From Erysipelotrichaceae bacterium MTC7 (GTDB lineage: Bacteria; Bacillota_I; Bacilli_A; Erysipelotrichales; Erysipelotrichaceae): DNA of 32,000 nucleotides. Shown piece by piece: positions 1 to 9,474 of the stretch; position 1 is the first letter of the stretch; every line of letters begins with the position of its first letter. The stretch is from the NCBI GenBank assembly GCA_001695645.1, contig LVZN01000012.1, positions 30,001-62,000 on the forward strand, read 5' to 3'. The notes beneath the pieces were generated by a model that saw only the letters and a list, made by a program, of their open reading frames with translations, had not been told where the DNA came from and did not search any database. The translations under genes and the position numbers were made by a program.

Positions 1-1263
1 ATGGCGTTTGCTGTTGGAGTTGCATATGGATTGAGTGACGGAAACAAAGGTGTGAGTGCATTTGGTGGTTTGTTTGTATTTCTAATTATTATTCATGTGC
101 TTGCACAAGAGCGTATCGATTTACACAATTTACCTGTTTTGAATGAAAATGCTCCATTTGAACATATTGACAACCAGTTTATTGGAATTTTATCAGGAGT
201 ACTTGGGGCTGTCAGTCACAATCGTTTAAGACGCTTACACCTATCAAGCAGCAATGAAATGGTGCTGTTGCTTGTACTTTTGGTTTTTGTTTCGCTGTGC
301 ATGTGTGGAATTTTGGTGTTTGTGTGGCCGTTTGTTTATAATTTGCTCATTCGCTTTGGTAATTTCATTAGTGCTTTAGGACCGGTGGGTGCAGGCATCT
401 ATGCATTTTTCAATCGCTTATTGATACCCATTGGGATGCACCATCCACTGAACTCTGTCTTTTGGTTTGATGTAGTTGGAATCAACGATATTGGAAACTT
501 CTGGTCAAGTCAGGGAGTCTATGGACAAACAGGAATGTACCAAGCCGGTTTCTTTCCGATGATGATGTTTGGTTTACCAGCTGCTGGTTTAGCTATGCTG
601 CATACTGCTTATCCACAAAACAAAAAGAAAGTTCGTGCGTTTTTGATTTCGGCTGCATTTGCCTCTTTTTTCACTGGTTTGACTGAACCGTTAGAATTTT
701 CATTTATGTTTATCGCCCCTCAGTTATACCTACTGCACGCGATAATTACGGGTATATCTGTATTTGTTGCAGCACAATTTCAGTGGATTGCCGGGTTTAG
801 CTTTAGTGGTGGTTTTATTGATTATATACTAAGTTTAAAAATGCCATACGCAAAAACACCATTGATGTTGGTTGTGATGGGGCTAGTTTTAGCTGCTGTG
901 TATTACGTTAGTTTTGTTTATGTAATTAAACGAAAAAACTTACATACCTTAGGTAGGGAAGTTGAAACCCACGCAGTAACCAATACTTTAGAAATTAATG
1001 AACTCGAAAACATATGTACCGCACTTATGTATGCTACTGGTGGACTGCACAACATAACATCCATTGATTGCTGTATTACACGTGTACGCTTTCATTTAAA
1101 AAATCCAAATTTGTTCAACTTTGATCTAGTTAAGGAAACCGGTGCTATCGAGTTTATGCAGTTCGGTGATGAAATTCAAATCGTTTATGGACCGAATGCC
1201 GGTGCAATCGTGGAACGCTTTGAGCAAATATTAGGGATGAACAAAGATGACAAAGACCAGTGA
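1..1263 (+). CDS. PTS sugar transporter, fused EIIC-EIIB (glucose/N-acetylglucosamine/maltose superfamily), 5'-truncated by the window edge
   Basis: Open frame from nt 1 without a start. Polytopic EIIC core with family motifs FNRLLIPIGMHHPLN and TEPLEFSFMF. C-terminal soluble EIIB with phospho-cysteine motif SIDCCITRVRF (compare CxTRLR). Sugar specificity is not readable from the sequence. Confidence 0.85.
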   Translation: MAFAVGVAYGLSDGNKGVSAFGGLFVFLIIIHVLAQERIDLHNLPVLNENAPFEHIDNQFIGILSGVLGAVSHNRLRRLHLSSSNEMVLLLVLLVFVSLCMCGILVFVWPFVYNLLIRFGNFISALGPVGAGIYAFFNRLLIPIGMHHPLNSVFWFDVVGINDIGNFWSSQGVYGQTGMYQAGFFPMMMFGLPAAGLAMLHTAYPQNKKKVRAFLISAAFASFFTGLTEPLEFSFMFIAPQLYLLHAIITGISVFVAAQFQWIAGFSFSGGFIDYILSLKMPYAKTPLMLVVMGLVLAAVYYVSFVYVIKRKNLHTLGREVETHAVTNTLEINELENICTALMYATGGLHNITSIDCCITRVRFHLKNPNLFNFDLVKETGAIEFMQFGDEIQIVYGPNAGAIVERFEQILGMNKDDKDQ

Positions 1264-1394
1264 TGCACATCATCATGGTCTTCTTAACTGACTGAGTATA
1301 GTTAATAATTATTATGAAACATTGACAATGGATAAAGAATTGTTTAAAATGAAATCACAACTAAATCGATACGGTTAGATTGTTACTAGAAATA

Positions 1395-1448
1395 GGCAAG
1401 ACTTACGAAATCACGTTACAACGGATTTTCATCGTCTTGTCTTTTTTA
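1395..1448 (+). terminator. Candidate rho-independent terminator after the PTS gene
   Basis: ggcaagac (1395-1402) pairs with gtcttgtc (1434-1441, one G-U). An inner gaaatc/gattttc helix lies in the loop. A T6 run follows at 1442-1447. The large interrupted loop lowers confidence. Confidence 0.5.
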
Positions 1449-1624
1449 TTAGCAAATAAATCGATCGATAAGCAAACATTTAAATCTTACAATTTGCTCA
1501 AAATATGCCCTGAAAAAATTTTGAGTTTTTTAGCATTTCAGTCGATAAATAAAGGATTTATGAAAGCTTCATTTTCTCTTGAAATAATTATTTACAATAA
1601 TCATTATGCATGATAACATATCGC

Positions 1625-1638
1625 TGTAATCGTTTTCA
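1625..1638. promoter_or_regulatory. cre (CcpA/catabolite-responsive element) upstream of the first GH84 gene
   Basis: tgtaatcgttttca matches the consensus TGWAANCGNTNWCA at all 14 positions. A degenerate half-site, aaaaagcgcttaca, abuts it at 1638-1651. Confidence 0.5.
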
Positions 1639-1777
1639 AAAAGCGCTTACAACATTTGTATTTTAATGATCATACGATACTTTGTGGGGAATCAAGAGAC
1701 AGGTCAACTACATAAGTAACAAGGTTGGGGAAGCCAGTATGCATGATTGAAATACATCGTTAAAAAAGGAGAGACAA

Positions 1778-4700
1778 ATGATTAAATTGATGAAGTCACT
1801 GTTATGTGCAGGGGTTGCTATTGTTTCCACAAGCACATATATGCCTAATGTGACATTCCAAAAGAACGAATTACAAAGTGATGTACAAACGGAAAATGAA
1901 ATATTTCCACAACAGCCTAAAGAGGTAAGTTTAGATGGAACTGCACTGCAAGTAAGTAACATTACGTTACATAAAGCAGCTACAATGAACCAAGATACTT
2001 TAGAAAACCTAACAACTTGGTTTATAGAAAGTGGGATTTCTATTGTCGAAGATGCTGCAGCTGTACAAGTATACGTAGCAACTAGCGGTGATGAAATTAG
2101 TACATACTTAAAAGAAAATCAACTCATAACTACGGATGTAACTGCTCTTGAAGCAGAAGGATATACACTACATGTAGATACAAAGAACAAAACGATTGTG
2201 ATTGAAGGAAAAGATGATGATGGTTTATTCTACGGTATTCAAACATTAAAAACAATTGCGACAAACACAGAAACTGGAATAAGCGTATTAGGAACATCAA
2301 TCGTTGATGAACCAAGTATGTCTGTGCGTGGATCAATTGAAGGTTTCTATGGTACACCATGGACGCATCAAGATCGTTTGGATCAAATCAAATTCTACGG
2401 AGAAAACAAACTTAATACATATATTTATGCACCAAAGGATGATCCATACCACCGTGAAAACTGGCGTGAACCATACCCAGAATCTGAAATGGATTGTATG
2501 TTAGATTTAATCAACACTTCAAAGGAAAACAAAGTTGATTTTGTCTTTGCATTATCACCAGGAAATGACATTCGCTTTGGTGGAACAGCAGGAGAAGAAG
2601 ACTTCCAAGCGCTGATGAACAAATGTGAATCATTATACCAAATGGGTGTTAGAAGCTTTGCCATTTTCTTTGATGATATTAAAAACACAGATGGAGTTGC
2701 CCAAGCTAGCGTACTTAACCGTTTTAATGAAGAGTTTGTAAAAGCAAAAGGTGACGTAACACCATTATATACAGTACCTACCAGTTACTGGACAAATGGA
2801 ATGAATGATCAATATACAAAGGATTTCGCTGCGACACTTAGCAATGATATCGTCGTATATTGGACAGGAGCTGCAGTAGTCCCAGAAGGAATTGACATGG
2901 ACAATGTTGATTTGATGAAAAACTACTTTAGCGGTAAAGAAGTAGGTATTTGGTGGAACTACCCAACGACCGACTATATTACAGACAAATTAGCTCTTGG
3001 TCCAATTTCAGGACTTACAAGTGATTTAAGTTCAGAAGTTGACATGGTGGTATATAACCCAATGGAACATGCTTCATTGTCTAAGATTTCCTTAGCATCA
3101 GGAGCTGACTATGGATGGAACACAGAAAACTATAGTGAAGACCGTTCATTCCATGCTTCAATCAACAGTTTATATACAGGCGAAGCACGTGAAGCAATGA
3201 CTATCTTTGCCAACCATTCAACAAGAATGGAACAAGGATGGGCCTCAACAGGACGTGAAGATGCTCCAGAGATGAAGATCTTAATGGATCAATTGATTAA
3301 AGAAATTGCGATGGGTGTTGATACAACAGCTACTAAAACACAATTACTTTCTGATTTTGATGCCATGATTGCAGCAGCGGATTATTTGTTAGCAAATCTA
3401 TCGGAAGAAGAATTGTCACACTGTCGTGCACAATTACAAAAAATGAAAGATCTAGCAACAAATGATATTCTTGCAGTTCAAGTATTCGAAGCAAGAATGA
3501 ACCAAGAGGATGCTTCTGAACTTGAAGCAACATTGTCAAAAAACCTAACGAGTTTAGAAAAAGGTGCACGTGTTTCTGAAAAGGTTGCACTTGCATTCAT
3601 TAAACAAGCATTATCATTTGATCCTATGCCTGCTGCTGACTTTAGCGTAAGTTCAAGTTTTGTTGCTCCAGGACAAGCAGTACAAATGATTCAAAACAGC
3701 TCAGTTTCTAGTGTTGACTTTGAATGGCAATTTCCAGGTGCCGTGACAGAAACAAGTACTGAAGCAAATCCAGTTGTAACATACACACGTGAAGGTTTAT
3801 ATACAGCAAAATTAATTGCTAAAAACAAAAATGGGGAAAGCACACTAGTTCGAGAAAACTTAATTGCTGTTTCTAATGATGCAGAAGTCCAAACAATCAA
3901 TCTATCACTTGAAGATGGAACTAAAGCAACAGCATCTAGTCAAGTAAGTTCAACACAAACACCAATGCATGCCATTGATGGTGATACAAGTACAAAATGG
4001 TGTACGGAACGTACAGGAGAACAATGGATTCGTATTGATTTGGGTGCGACAAAGACAATCACAAATGTGCAAATGCTTCACGCAGAAATGGGTGGAGAAG
4101 GAAAAGGGCTGAACACTGCAGCGTACCGTATTGGATACAGTGAAGACGGTTCTACTTTTAAAGATATTTTAACAATTTCCAACAATACAGCAGGAACAAC
4201 AAACGATGCACTTCCTGTATTCCAAGCACGTTATGTTCAAATAACAATTACAAAAGCTGCGGTTAACGGAAATAAAGCAATTCGTCTTCCTGAAGTTGAA
4301 GTTTATGGATTAAATGAAACTATCGATCTTCCAGAAAAATTTGAAGCTGCAAATAAAACACTATTAAACTCTTTAGTGGAAATTGCAAGTGAAATTACAG
4401 CTGAGGAGTTAGAAAATGTAATTCCAGTTGTTGTTGAAGAATTTAATGCTGCACTTGAAGAAGCAACTACAATTCTTGCAGACAATGCTGCAAATCAAAA
4501 TGAGGTAGATGCATCATTTAGCCGTCTAAGTACAGTTATGCAAAAATTAGAGTTTGTGAAAGGTGATAAAACAAACTTAGAAAAATTGATTACAACTGTA
4601 TCTGGATTGAATGAAAAAGACTATCGTCCAAGTACATGGAAAGACTTTAGTAAAGCCTTAAAAGAAGCAAAAGTTGTAGTAAAAGATGAAAATGCAATGC

Positions 4701-5116
4701 AAGAAGAAGTGAATACTTCTTACGAAACATTGGTGCGCGCATTTGCAAATCTACGTTTAATCCCAGACAAATCAAAGTTAGAAGGGTTGTTACAACAAGC
4801 AGATGCATTCAAAGCAAATGACTACACAAAAGAATCGTTTGCAGTATTAAAGGATGCAAAAAAAGAAGCGAAGAAAATCATCAATGATAAAGATGCTTCG
4901 CAAGAACAAGTTACTGCTAGTGAAGCAAACCTAACCAATGCAATGAAACAATTGGAACCAACTTCACTTCCAAGTATTGCACCTGGTGATGACAGTAATG
5001 GTGGTGTTAACTCTGGAGATCACACATCAGTAGGTGGCTTGCTAGCGCTTGCAGGTGTTGCAGCTGTTGCTGGAACATTCACTCTCGTAAATAAAAAAAG
5101 AAGAGAAATGAAATAA
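1778..5116 (+). CDS. Secreted, wall-anchored GH84 beta-N-acetylglucosaminidase (O-GlcNAcase / NagH-NagJ type), multidomain, 1112 aa
   Basis: SD aaggagag sits 6 nt before the ATG, followed by an N-terminal signal peptide. GH84 catalytic block GSIEGFYGTPWTHQDRL...NTYIYAPKDDPYHR...SFAIFFDDI (Asp-Asp pair)...WWNYP. Then a PKD-like domain (FEWQFPG...YTAKLIAKNKNGES), an F5/8-type-C/CBM32-like domain (HAIDGDTSTKW...WIRIDLG...EVEVYG) and FIVAR-like helical repeats. C-terminal sorting-signal architecture: VNSGD, hydrophobic helix, KKRREMK. Confidence 0.9.
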   Translation: MIKLMKSLLCAGVAIVSTSTYMPNVTFQKNELQSDVQTENEIFPQQPKEVSLDGTALQVSNITLHKAATMNQDTLENLTTWFIESGISIVEDAAAVQVYVATSGDEISTYLKENQLITTDVTALEAEGYTLHVDTKNKTIVIEGKDDDGLFYGIQTLKTIATNTETGISVLGTSIVDEPSMSVRGSIEGFYGTPWTHQDRLDQIKFYGENKLNTYIYAPKDDPYHRENWREPYPESEMDCMLDLINTSKENKVDFVFALSPGNDIRFGGTAGEEDFQALMNKCESLYQMGVRSFAIFFDDIKNTDGVAQASVLNRFNEEFVKAKGDVTPLYTVPTSYWTNGMNDQYTKDFAATLSNDIVVYWTGAAVVPEGIDMDNVDLMKNYFSGKEVGIWWNYPTTDYITDKLALGPISGLTSDLSSEVDMVVYNPMEHASLSKISLASGADYGWNTENYSEDRSFHASINSLYTGEAREAMTIFANHSTRMEQGWASTGREDAPEMKILMDQLIKEIAMGVDTTATKTQLLSDFDAMIAAADYLLANLSEEELSHCRAQLQKMKDLATNDILAVQVFEARMNQEDASELEATLSKNLTSLEKGARVSEKVALAFIKQALSFDPMPAADFSVSSSFVAPGQAVQMIQNSSVSSVDFEWQFPGAVTETSTEANPVVTYTREGLYTAKLIAKNKNGESTLVRENLIAVSNDAEVQTINLSLEDGTKATASSQVSSTQTPMHAIDGDTSTKWCTERTGEQWIRIDLGATKTITNVQMLHAEMGGEGKGLNTAAYRIGYSEDGSTFKDILTISNNTAGTTNDALPVFQARYVQITITKAAVNGNKAIRLPEVEVYGLNETIDLPEKFEAANKTLLNSLVEIASEITAEELENVIPVVVEEFNAALEEATTILADNAANQNEVDASFSRLSTVMQKLEFVKGDKTNLEKLITTVSGLNEKDYRPSTWKDFSKALKEAKVVVKDENAMQEEVNTSYETLVRAFANLRLIPDKSKLEGLLQQADAFKANDYTKESFAVLKDAKKEAKKIINDKDASQEQVTASEANLTNAMKQLEPTSLPSIAPGDDSNGGVNSGDHTSVGGLLALAGVAAVAGTFTLVNKKRREMK
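4381..5103 (+). repeat. Copy 1 of a ~720-nt dispersed direct repeat (3' module shared by the two GH84 genes)
   Basis: Collinear with 8545-9267 at a constant offset of 4164 nt, with no indels seen. The core 4796-5031 versus 8960-9195 shows only 4 mismatches in 236 nt by my count; flanks are visibly more diverged. Confidence 0.9.
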
Positions 5117-5233
5117 TAAATAAAGGAAGGCATAACCTAACGTTTTGCTTTCCTATATCTCATATGTAAAAACGTGTGTTTAGGGTTAGATTGAAATTGG
5201 GATGTAATGAAACTACAAGAAAGAGGAGAATCT

Positions 5234-8200
5234 ATGCATCAGACAAAACACAAACTAGTCATAGGAAGTATTGTGCTAGCATTTGCATTATCACTTGTTA
5301 TGCCTGTTTCATCTAACACACCTGTGTTGTATAAAAACGCAGTGGATGTAGTAGAAGCGAAAGTGGATATTTATCCAAAAGTACAAAAACAAACCTACAT
5401 ATCTGAAGAAGGTATGAAAATGGAATCAACTGTAAATGTAGTGGTTGATGAACTTGATAATGAAGCTGCGATGAACCGTTTAGTAAATATACTAAACGAA
5501 AAACAAGTGGTATTTGAAATTTCAGATACGGTAAAAGATAATGTGGCAAACATTATTGTTTCAAATAAAGGAGTTGATAGTAAGTATCTTTCATATGTTC
5601 ATGAAAGTGAAGCACTTAGCAAAGAACAAGGTTACGTACTTGATTCTTCAAATGACGTTAATGAACATGGAAACATTGCAATTGTCGCAAATGATAAAGA
5701 AGGAGCTTTCTACGGGATTGAGTCATTGGAACAAATGCTTGATCAAGTAAATGAAGTAGGCTATATTGCAGAAATATCGATTGATGATTTCCCAAGTATC
5801 GTATCTCGTGGATATGTAGAAGGATTTTATGGATTTCCATGGACATTTGAACAACGTGCACAAATGCTACAAGATGTTGGTCAATTAAAAATGAACACAT
5901 ACATCTATGCACCAAAAGATGATCCATACCATAAAGATAACTGGAAAACGTTATATCCAGAAAAAGAAGCAGAAGAAATCCGTCAACTTGCAGCAATTGC
6001 AGCTGAGAATAACGTAAGTTTTACTTGGTCAATTCACCCAGGTACTGGATTTGATTATGCAGATGATACGGATTACAATGCAATTATTACAAAATTCGAA
6101 CAACTATATTCTTTAGGTGTTCGTCAGTTTGGGATTTCTTATGATGATTTAGAAGGGTCTGTAAAAGGAGAAGATCACGCGAATATCATCAATCGTGTAA
6201 ATGACGAGTGGGTGAAAACAAAAGGCGATGTCAAACCATTAATCGTTGTTGCAACACGTTACTGTAATGGTTGGGGACCAAGCCCTACAACATACCTAAA
6301 ACCATTTTTACAAGCATTAGAAAACTCTGATGTAATTGTAATGTGGACAGGTAATAACACAATGTCACCAATTAAAAAAGAATACTTTGAAGTACCAAAA
6401 CAACAGGCAGGAACGACAAGAGATTTAGCTGCGTGGTGGAACTACCCAGTTAATGACTACAGTGATGCTAACTTAAACATGGCACCTCTAGAAGTTGTTG
6501 ATACTGATGTTGATAACCTTGCAGGATTTTATGTAAATCCAATGCCACAGGCGGAAGCTAGTAAAGTTGCTATCTTTAGTTGTGCTGATTACTCATGGAA
6601 TGTTGAACAATTCGATTACATGAGTTCATGGAAAACTGCGATTCAAAAAATCACGCCAGATGCGACTGAAGCATTTGAACGCTTTGCAGACAATACATCG
6701 TACTTAAATGTTGGGGTTGTCTTTGATGAATCAAGATATCTTGTTGAGAAGATTAATGAATTCAATAAAGCACTTGAAAGTGGAGAATATCTAGCTGAAA
6801 ATGCAGCTATTATGAAAGCTGAATTTGATACAATGCTACAAGATGTTGAAACTATACGCAATATGGAAAATACTGGTATGATAAAAGACATTGAGAACCA
6901 CTTAAAGGCATATGAATTAACAGCACAAGCTGGTTTATTAAGTATGAACGCATTAGAAGCAGCTTTGTCGAAAGACATTAATGCTACACTAGATGCAGTA
7001 CAACTAACTCGAGATAAATTGAATGAAGCAAACAAAGTAACAATCACAAGTCTTGAACCAACTGGTGAAAAACAAACGGTAGTACGTGTTGGTGAAAAAA
7101 GAGTTAAACCAATGATCACTTCAATTCTAGATCAAGCTGATAGTATTTTATATGGGCAGTTTTATCAAGTGAAAAATCCATATGCATTTGGTGATATAGA
7201 AAACATTGATGATGCAGCTGTTATTGACTCAGAAGGCAAATTAGCACTTACAGGTGTAACAGAAGTTAATGAAGGAAACAGTGTCGGTATTGCATTTGGT
7301 GAATTAACAACTGTGTTTAATGTTCAAGTGACTAGTAGTCAATGCAGTGATTTAAAACTAGAGTACTCAATAAACGGAATTGACTGGGATGATGTAAATA
7401 CGACAGTAAATGGAAATGTAATGACTGGAATAATTCCAGATGCATTTGTTAGTGTTCGTATAAAAGCAACTAAGAATATTGTATTAGATGACTTCCATAT
7501 TACAACTTTACAAGAAGTGACAAAGGGAAGTGTAATGACAAGTATGCCAAGCTATGAAGACAATGTAATTAAAAACTCATTCGATAATGACTTAGACACA
7601 AGATTCTACTCTAGTAGTGGTTCGAAAAAAGGTGATGCATTTTATCTTACACTTGATCAAGCAACGAATGTTTATGATGCATCAATCATTTTTGGTGGAA
7701 ATCCTAAAGGAATTGCTGAAGGTATCGATGGGTTTGCAGAAACTAAGTTATCATACTCAGTTGATGGAAGAACTTGGACAGAAGTTGGTATCGTAAATAT
7801 GTCAGATTATAAAGAATCTAGATTTGGTGGAACTGTTTTATGTTCAGCAGACTTTAACCTTAAAGGTGCAAATGTTAGACACCTTAAATTTGAAGCAACG
7901 AAGTCACACAGCAACTGGGTTCAAGTTTATGAATTTGATGTAAATGTTGGAAGCAAACAAAGTTTAGATTTAGTCACTACAGACATCACAAGTGGAAATA
8001 GTGCAAATTTATATGACCACAGCTTTTCTTCTCTATATGCACCAACGACTGTTGTTGCAGGAGATACATTGACATATAAATTAACAACAATCACAAACGT
8101 ATCGGATATTCTTATTTTGCAAGATCGCGATGTTATGTCAAATGCAAAAGTCGAAATTCAATTAACAAATGGTCAATGGGAAGAGTTGGGTATTTTAGAT

Positions 8201-9280
8201 GAACAAATGACAACACTTCATGCAAATACAAAAGCAACGAATGTACGTTTAACATTTACAGATGTTCAACCAAAAATTGCTGAAATCATGGTATGTGAAC
8301 GTACCGAAGATACAGACAATTTCCAAGCGCTTCGTCAACTTGTAAAAGAAGCAAATACGATTGATGCATCATTGTATACACCTATATCAGCTGCAAACTT
8401 TACCGACGCACGCACTGCTGCTAAAGAAGGTATTGCTAGTGGGGTAAATGAAGCAACTGCAAAAACACTGCATCAAGATCTTGAACAAGCAATGGCAAAG
8501 TTAATTTTAAATCCAAACAAGGATCTATTAGGATCACTTGTTGCAATTGCAAATGAAATTACAGATGAAGATATCGAAAATGTAATTCCAGTAGTAAAAG
8601 AAGAGTTTATTGAAGCAAGAACAGAAGCCAATGATTTGTTTGAAAATACAGAATCAAGTCAAAGTGAAGTAGATGCATCATTTGCACGATTGAGTCAAGC
8701 AATGCAAAAACTAGAGTTTGTGAAAGGTGATAAAACAAACTTAGAAAAACTAATCACATCAGTATCTGGATTGAACGAAAAAGAATACCGTCCAAGTACG
8801 TGGAAAGACTTTAGCAAAGCATTAAAAGAAGCTAAAGTTGTATTACATGATGAAAATGCAATGCAAGAAGAAGTGAATGCTTCTTATGAGACATTAATGA
8901 AGGCATTTGCAAATTTACGTTTGATTCCTGATAAATCGATGTTAGAAGGATTGTTAGAACAAGCAGATGCATTCAAAGCAAATGACTACACAAAAGAATC
9001 GTTTGCAGTATTAAAAGATGCAAAAAAAGAAGCGAAGAAAATCATCAATGATAAAGATGCTTCGCAAGAACAAGTTACTGCTAGTGAAGCAAACTTAACC
9101 AATGCAATCAAACAGTTGGAACCAACTTCACTTCCAAGTATTGCACCTGGTGATGACAGTAATGGTGGTGTTAACTCTGGAGATCACACATCAGTTGGAG
9201 GTTTATTAGCACTTGCAGGTATTGCAGCTGTTGCTGGAACATTAACTTGCGCAAATAAAAAAAGAAGAATGCAAAAATAA
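5234..9280 (+). CDS. Second secreted, wall-anchored GH84 beta-N-acetylglucosaminidase paralog, 1348 aa
   Basis: ORF opens at 5207, but SD gaaagaggag precedes the ATG at 5234, giving MHQTKHKLVIGSIVLAFALSL (signal peptide). GH84 block GYVEGFYGFPWTFEQR...NTYIYAPKDDPYHKDNW...QFGISYDDLEG...WWNYP. Three beta-sandwich/F5/8-C (CBM32-like) regions and FIVAR-like repeats follow. The C-terminal ~240 aa are paralogous to GH84-1, including the same VNSGD sorting signal. Confidence 0.9.
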   Translation: MHQTKHKLVIGSIVLAFALSLVMPVSSNTPVLYKNAVDVVEAKVDIYPKVQKQTYISEEGMKMESTVNVVVDELDNEAAMNRLVNILNEKQVVFEISDTVKDNVANIIVSNKGVDSKYLSYVHESEALSKEQGYVLDSSNDVNEHGNIAIVANDKEGAFYGIESLEQMLDQVNEVGYIAEISIDDFPSIVSRGYVEGFYGFPWTFEQRAQMLQDVGQLKMNTYIYAPKDDPYHKDNWKTLYPEKEAEEIRQLAAIAAENNVSFTWSIHPGTGFDYADDTDYNAIITKFEQLYSLGVRQFGISYDDLEGSVKGEDHANIINRVNDEWVKTKGDVKPLIVVATRYCNGWGPSPTTYLKPFLQALENSDVIVMWTGNNTMSPIKKEYFEVPKQQAGTTRDLAAWWNYPVNDYSDANLNMAPLEVVDTDVDNLAGFYVNPMPQAEASKVAIFSCADYSWNVEQFDYMSSWKTAIQKITPDATEAFERFADNTSYLNVGVVFDESRYLVEKINEFNKALESGEYLAENAAIMKAEFDTMLQDVETIRNMENTGMIKDIENHLKAYELTAQAGLLSMNALEAALSKDINATLDAVQLTRDKLNEANKVTITSLEPTGEKQTVVRVGEKRVKPMITSILDQADSILYGQFYQVKNPYAFGDIENIDDAAVIDSEGKLALTGVTEVNEGNSVGIAFGELTTVFNVQVTSSQCSDLKLEYSINGIDWDDVNTTVNGNVMTGIIPDAFVSVRIKATKNIVLDDFHITTLQEVTKGSVMTSMPSYEDNVIKNSFDNDLDTRFYSSSGSKKGDAFYLTLDQATNVYDASIIFGGNPKGIAEGIDGFAETKLSYSVDGRTWTEVGIVNMSDYKESRFGGTVLCSADFNLKGANVRHLKFEATKSHSNWVQVYEFDVNVGSKQSLDLVTTDITSGNSANLYDHSFSSLYAPTTVVAGDTLTYKLTTITNVSDILILQDRDVMSNAKVEIQLTNGQWEELGILDEQMTTLHANTKATNVRLTFTDVQPKIAEIMVCERTEDTDNFQALRQLVKEANTIDASLYTPISAANFTDARTAAKEGIASGVNEATAKTLHQDLEQAMAKLILNPNKDLLGSLVAIANEITDEDIENVIPVVKEEFIEARTEANDLFENTESSQSEVDASFARLSQAMQKLEFVKGDKTNLEKLITSVSGLNEKEYRPSTWKDFSKALKEAKVVLHDENAMQEEVNASYETLMKAFANLRLIPDKSMLEGLLEQADAFKANDYTKESFAVLKDAKKEAKKIINDKDASQEQVTASEANLTNAIKQLEPTSLPSIAPGDDSNGGVNSGDHTSVGGLLALAGIAAVAGTLTCANKKRRMQK
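8545..9267 (+). repeat. Copy 2 of the ~720-nt dispersed direct repeat
   Basis: See copy 1 (4381-5103). Confidence 0.9.
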
Positions 9281-9315
9281 AATATCATATATTTCATTGA
9301 TATAAGAAGGTAAGA

Positions 9316-9356
9316 AATGAGCACTAAGCATGAAAAATGCATGGTGCTCATTTTCA
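9316..9356 (+). terminator. Candidate terminator after GH84-2
   Basis: Perfect 9-bp stem aatgagcac (9316-9324) / gtgctcatt (9344-9352) with an inner gcat/atgc helix. The U-tail is short (ttttcac). Confidence 0.55.
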
Positions 9357-9426
9357 CATATACGTATGAAAACACAGAAAATATGACAATTGTAACGATA
9401 ATTCATGACAAAGGTCAAGTGTAATT

Positions 9427-9447
9427 GTAAAGCGCTTTCATTATAAT
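9427..9447 (+). promoter_or_regulatory. cre-like palindrome abutting a TATAAT -10 box upstream of the GH32 gene
   Basis: gtaaagcgctttca (9427-9440) matches the cre consensus at 12/14 positions; the right half is perfect and the left TG is displaced by 1 nt. tataat lies at 9442-9447, about 15 nt upstream of SD aaggagg. Confidence 0.35.
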
Positions 9448-9474
9448 GTGAATGTGTTTACAAAGGAGGAGTAT

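Noticed and set aside
1-1263. Possibility that the first PTS EIICB gene is a decaying pseudogene (atypical stretch RLRRLHLSSSNEMVLLLV where relatives have a conserved loop; double Cys in the EIIB motif)
   Set aside because: The frame is uninterrupted for 420 codons. Core EIIC motifs and the EIIB cysteine are intact. Divergence alone does not support a pseudogene call without a family alignment.
1380-1613. 77-aa plus-strand ORF in the PTS/GH84 intergenic region
   Set aside because: It has a non-ATG start and no SD. It begins inside the terminator hairpin of the upstream gene, and its composition is not protein-like. The region is better explained as terminator plus promoter/cre space.
6643-7119. 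158-aa minus-strand ORF, plus many other 60-112-aa ORFs antisense or out of frame inside the large genes (e.g. 1708-1962, 2425-2688, 5658-5996, 12442-12780, 12863-13183, 14388-14701, 15847-16212, 16723-16995, 20536-20850, 22346-22600, 23244-23513, 24913-25386, 28189-28520, 30714-30917, 31481-31738)
   Set aside because: All lie within strongly supported coding regions on the other strand or frame. They lack Shine-Dalgarno sequences and have low-complexity, Ser/Leu/Phe/Cys-rich junk-like composition, with no recognisable motifs. They are expected by-products of AT-rich sequence.
4381-9267. Long direct repeats as IS element ends, a composite transposon or a CRISPR-like array
   Set aside because: Both copies are in frame inside the two GH84 genes and encode homologous FIVAR/anchor modules. 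There are only two copies 4.1 kb apart, with no transposase and no terminal inverted repeats.
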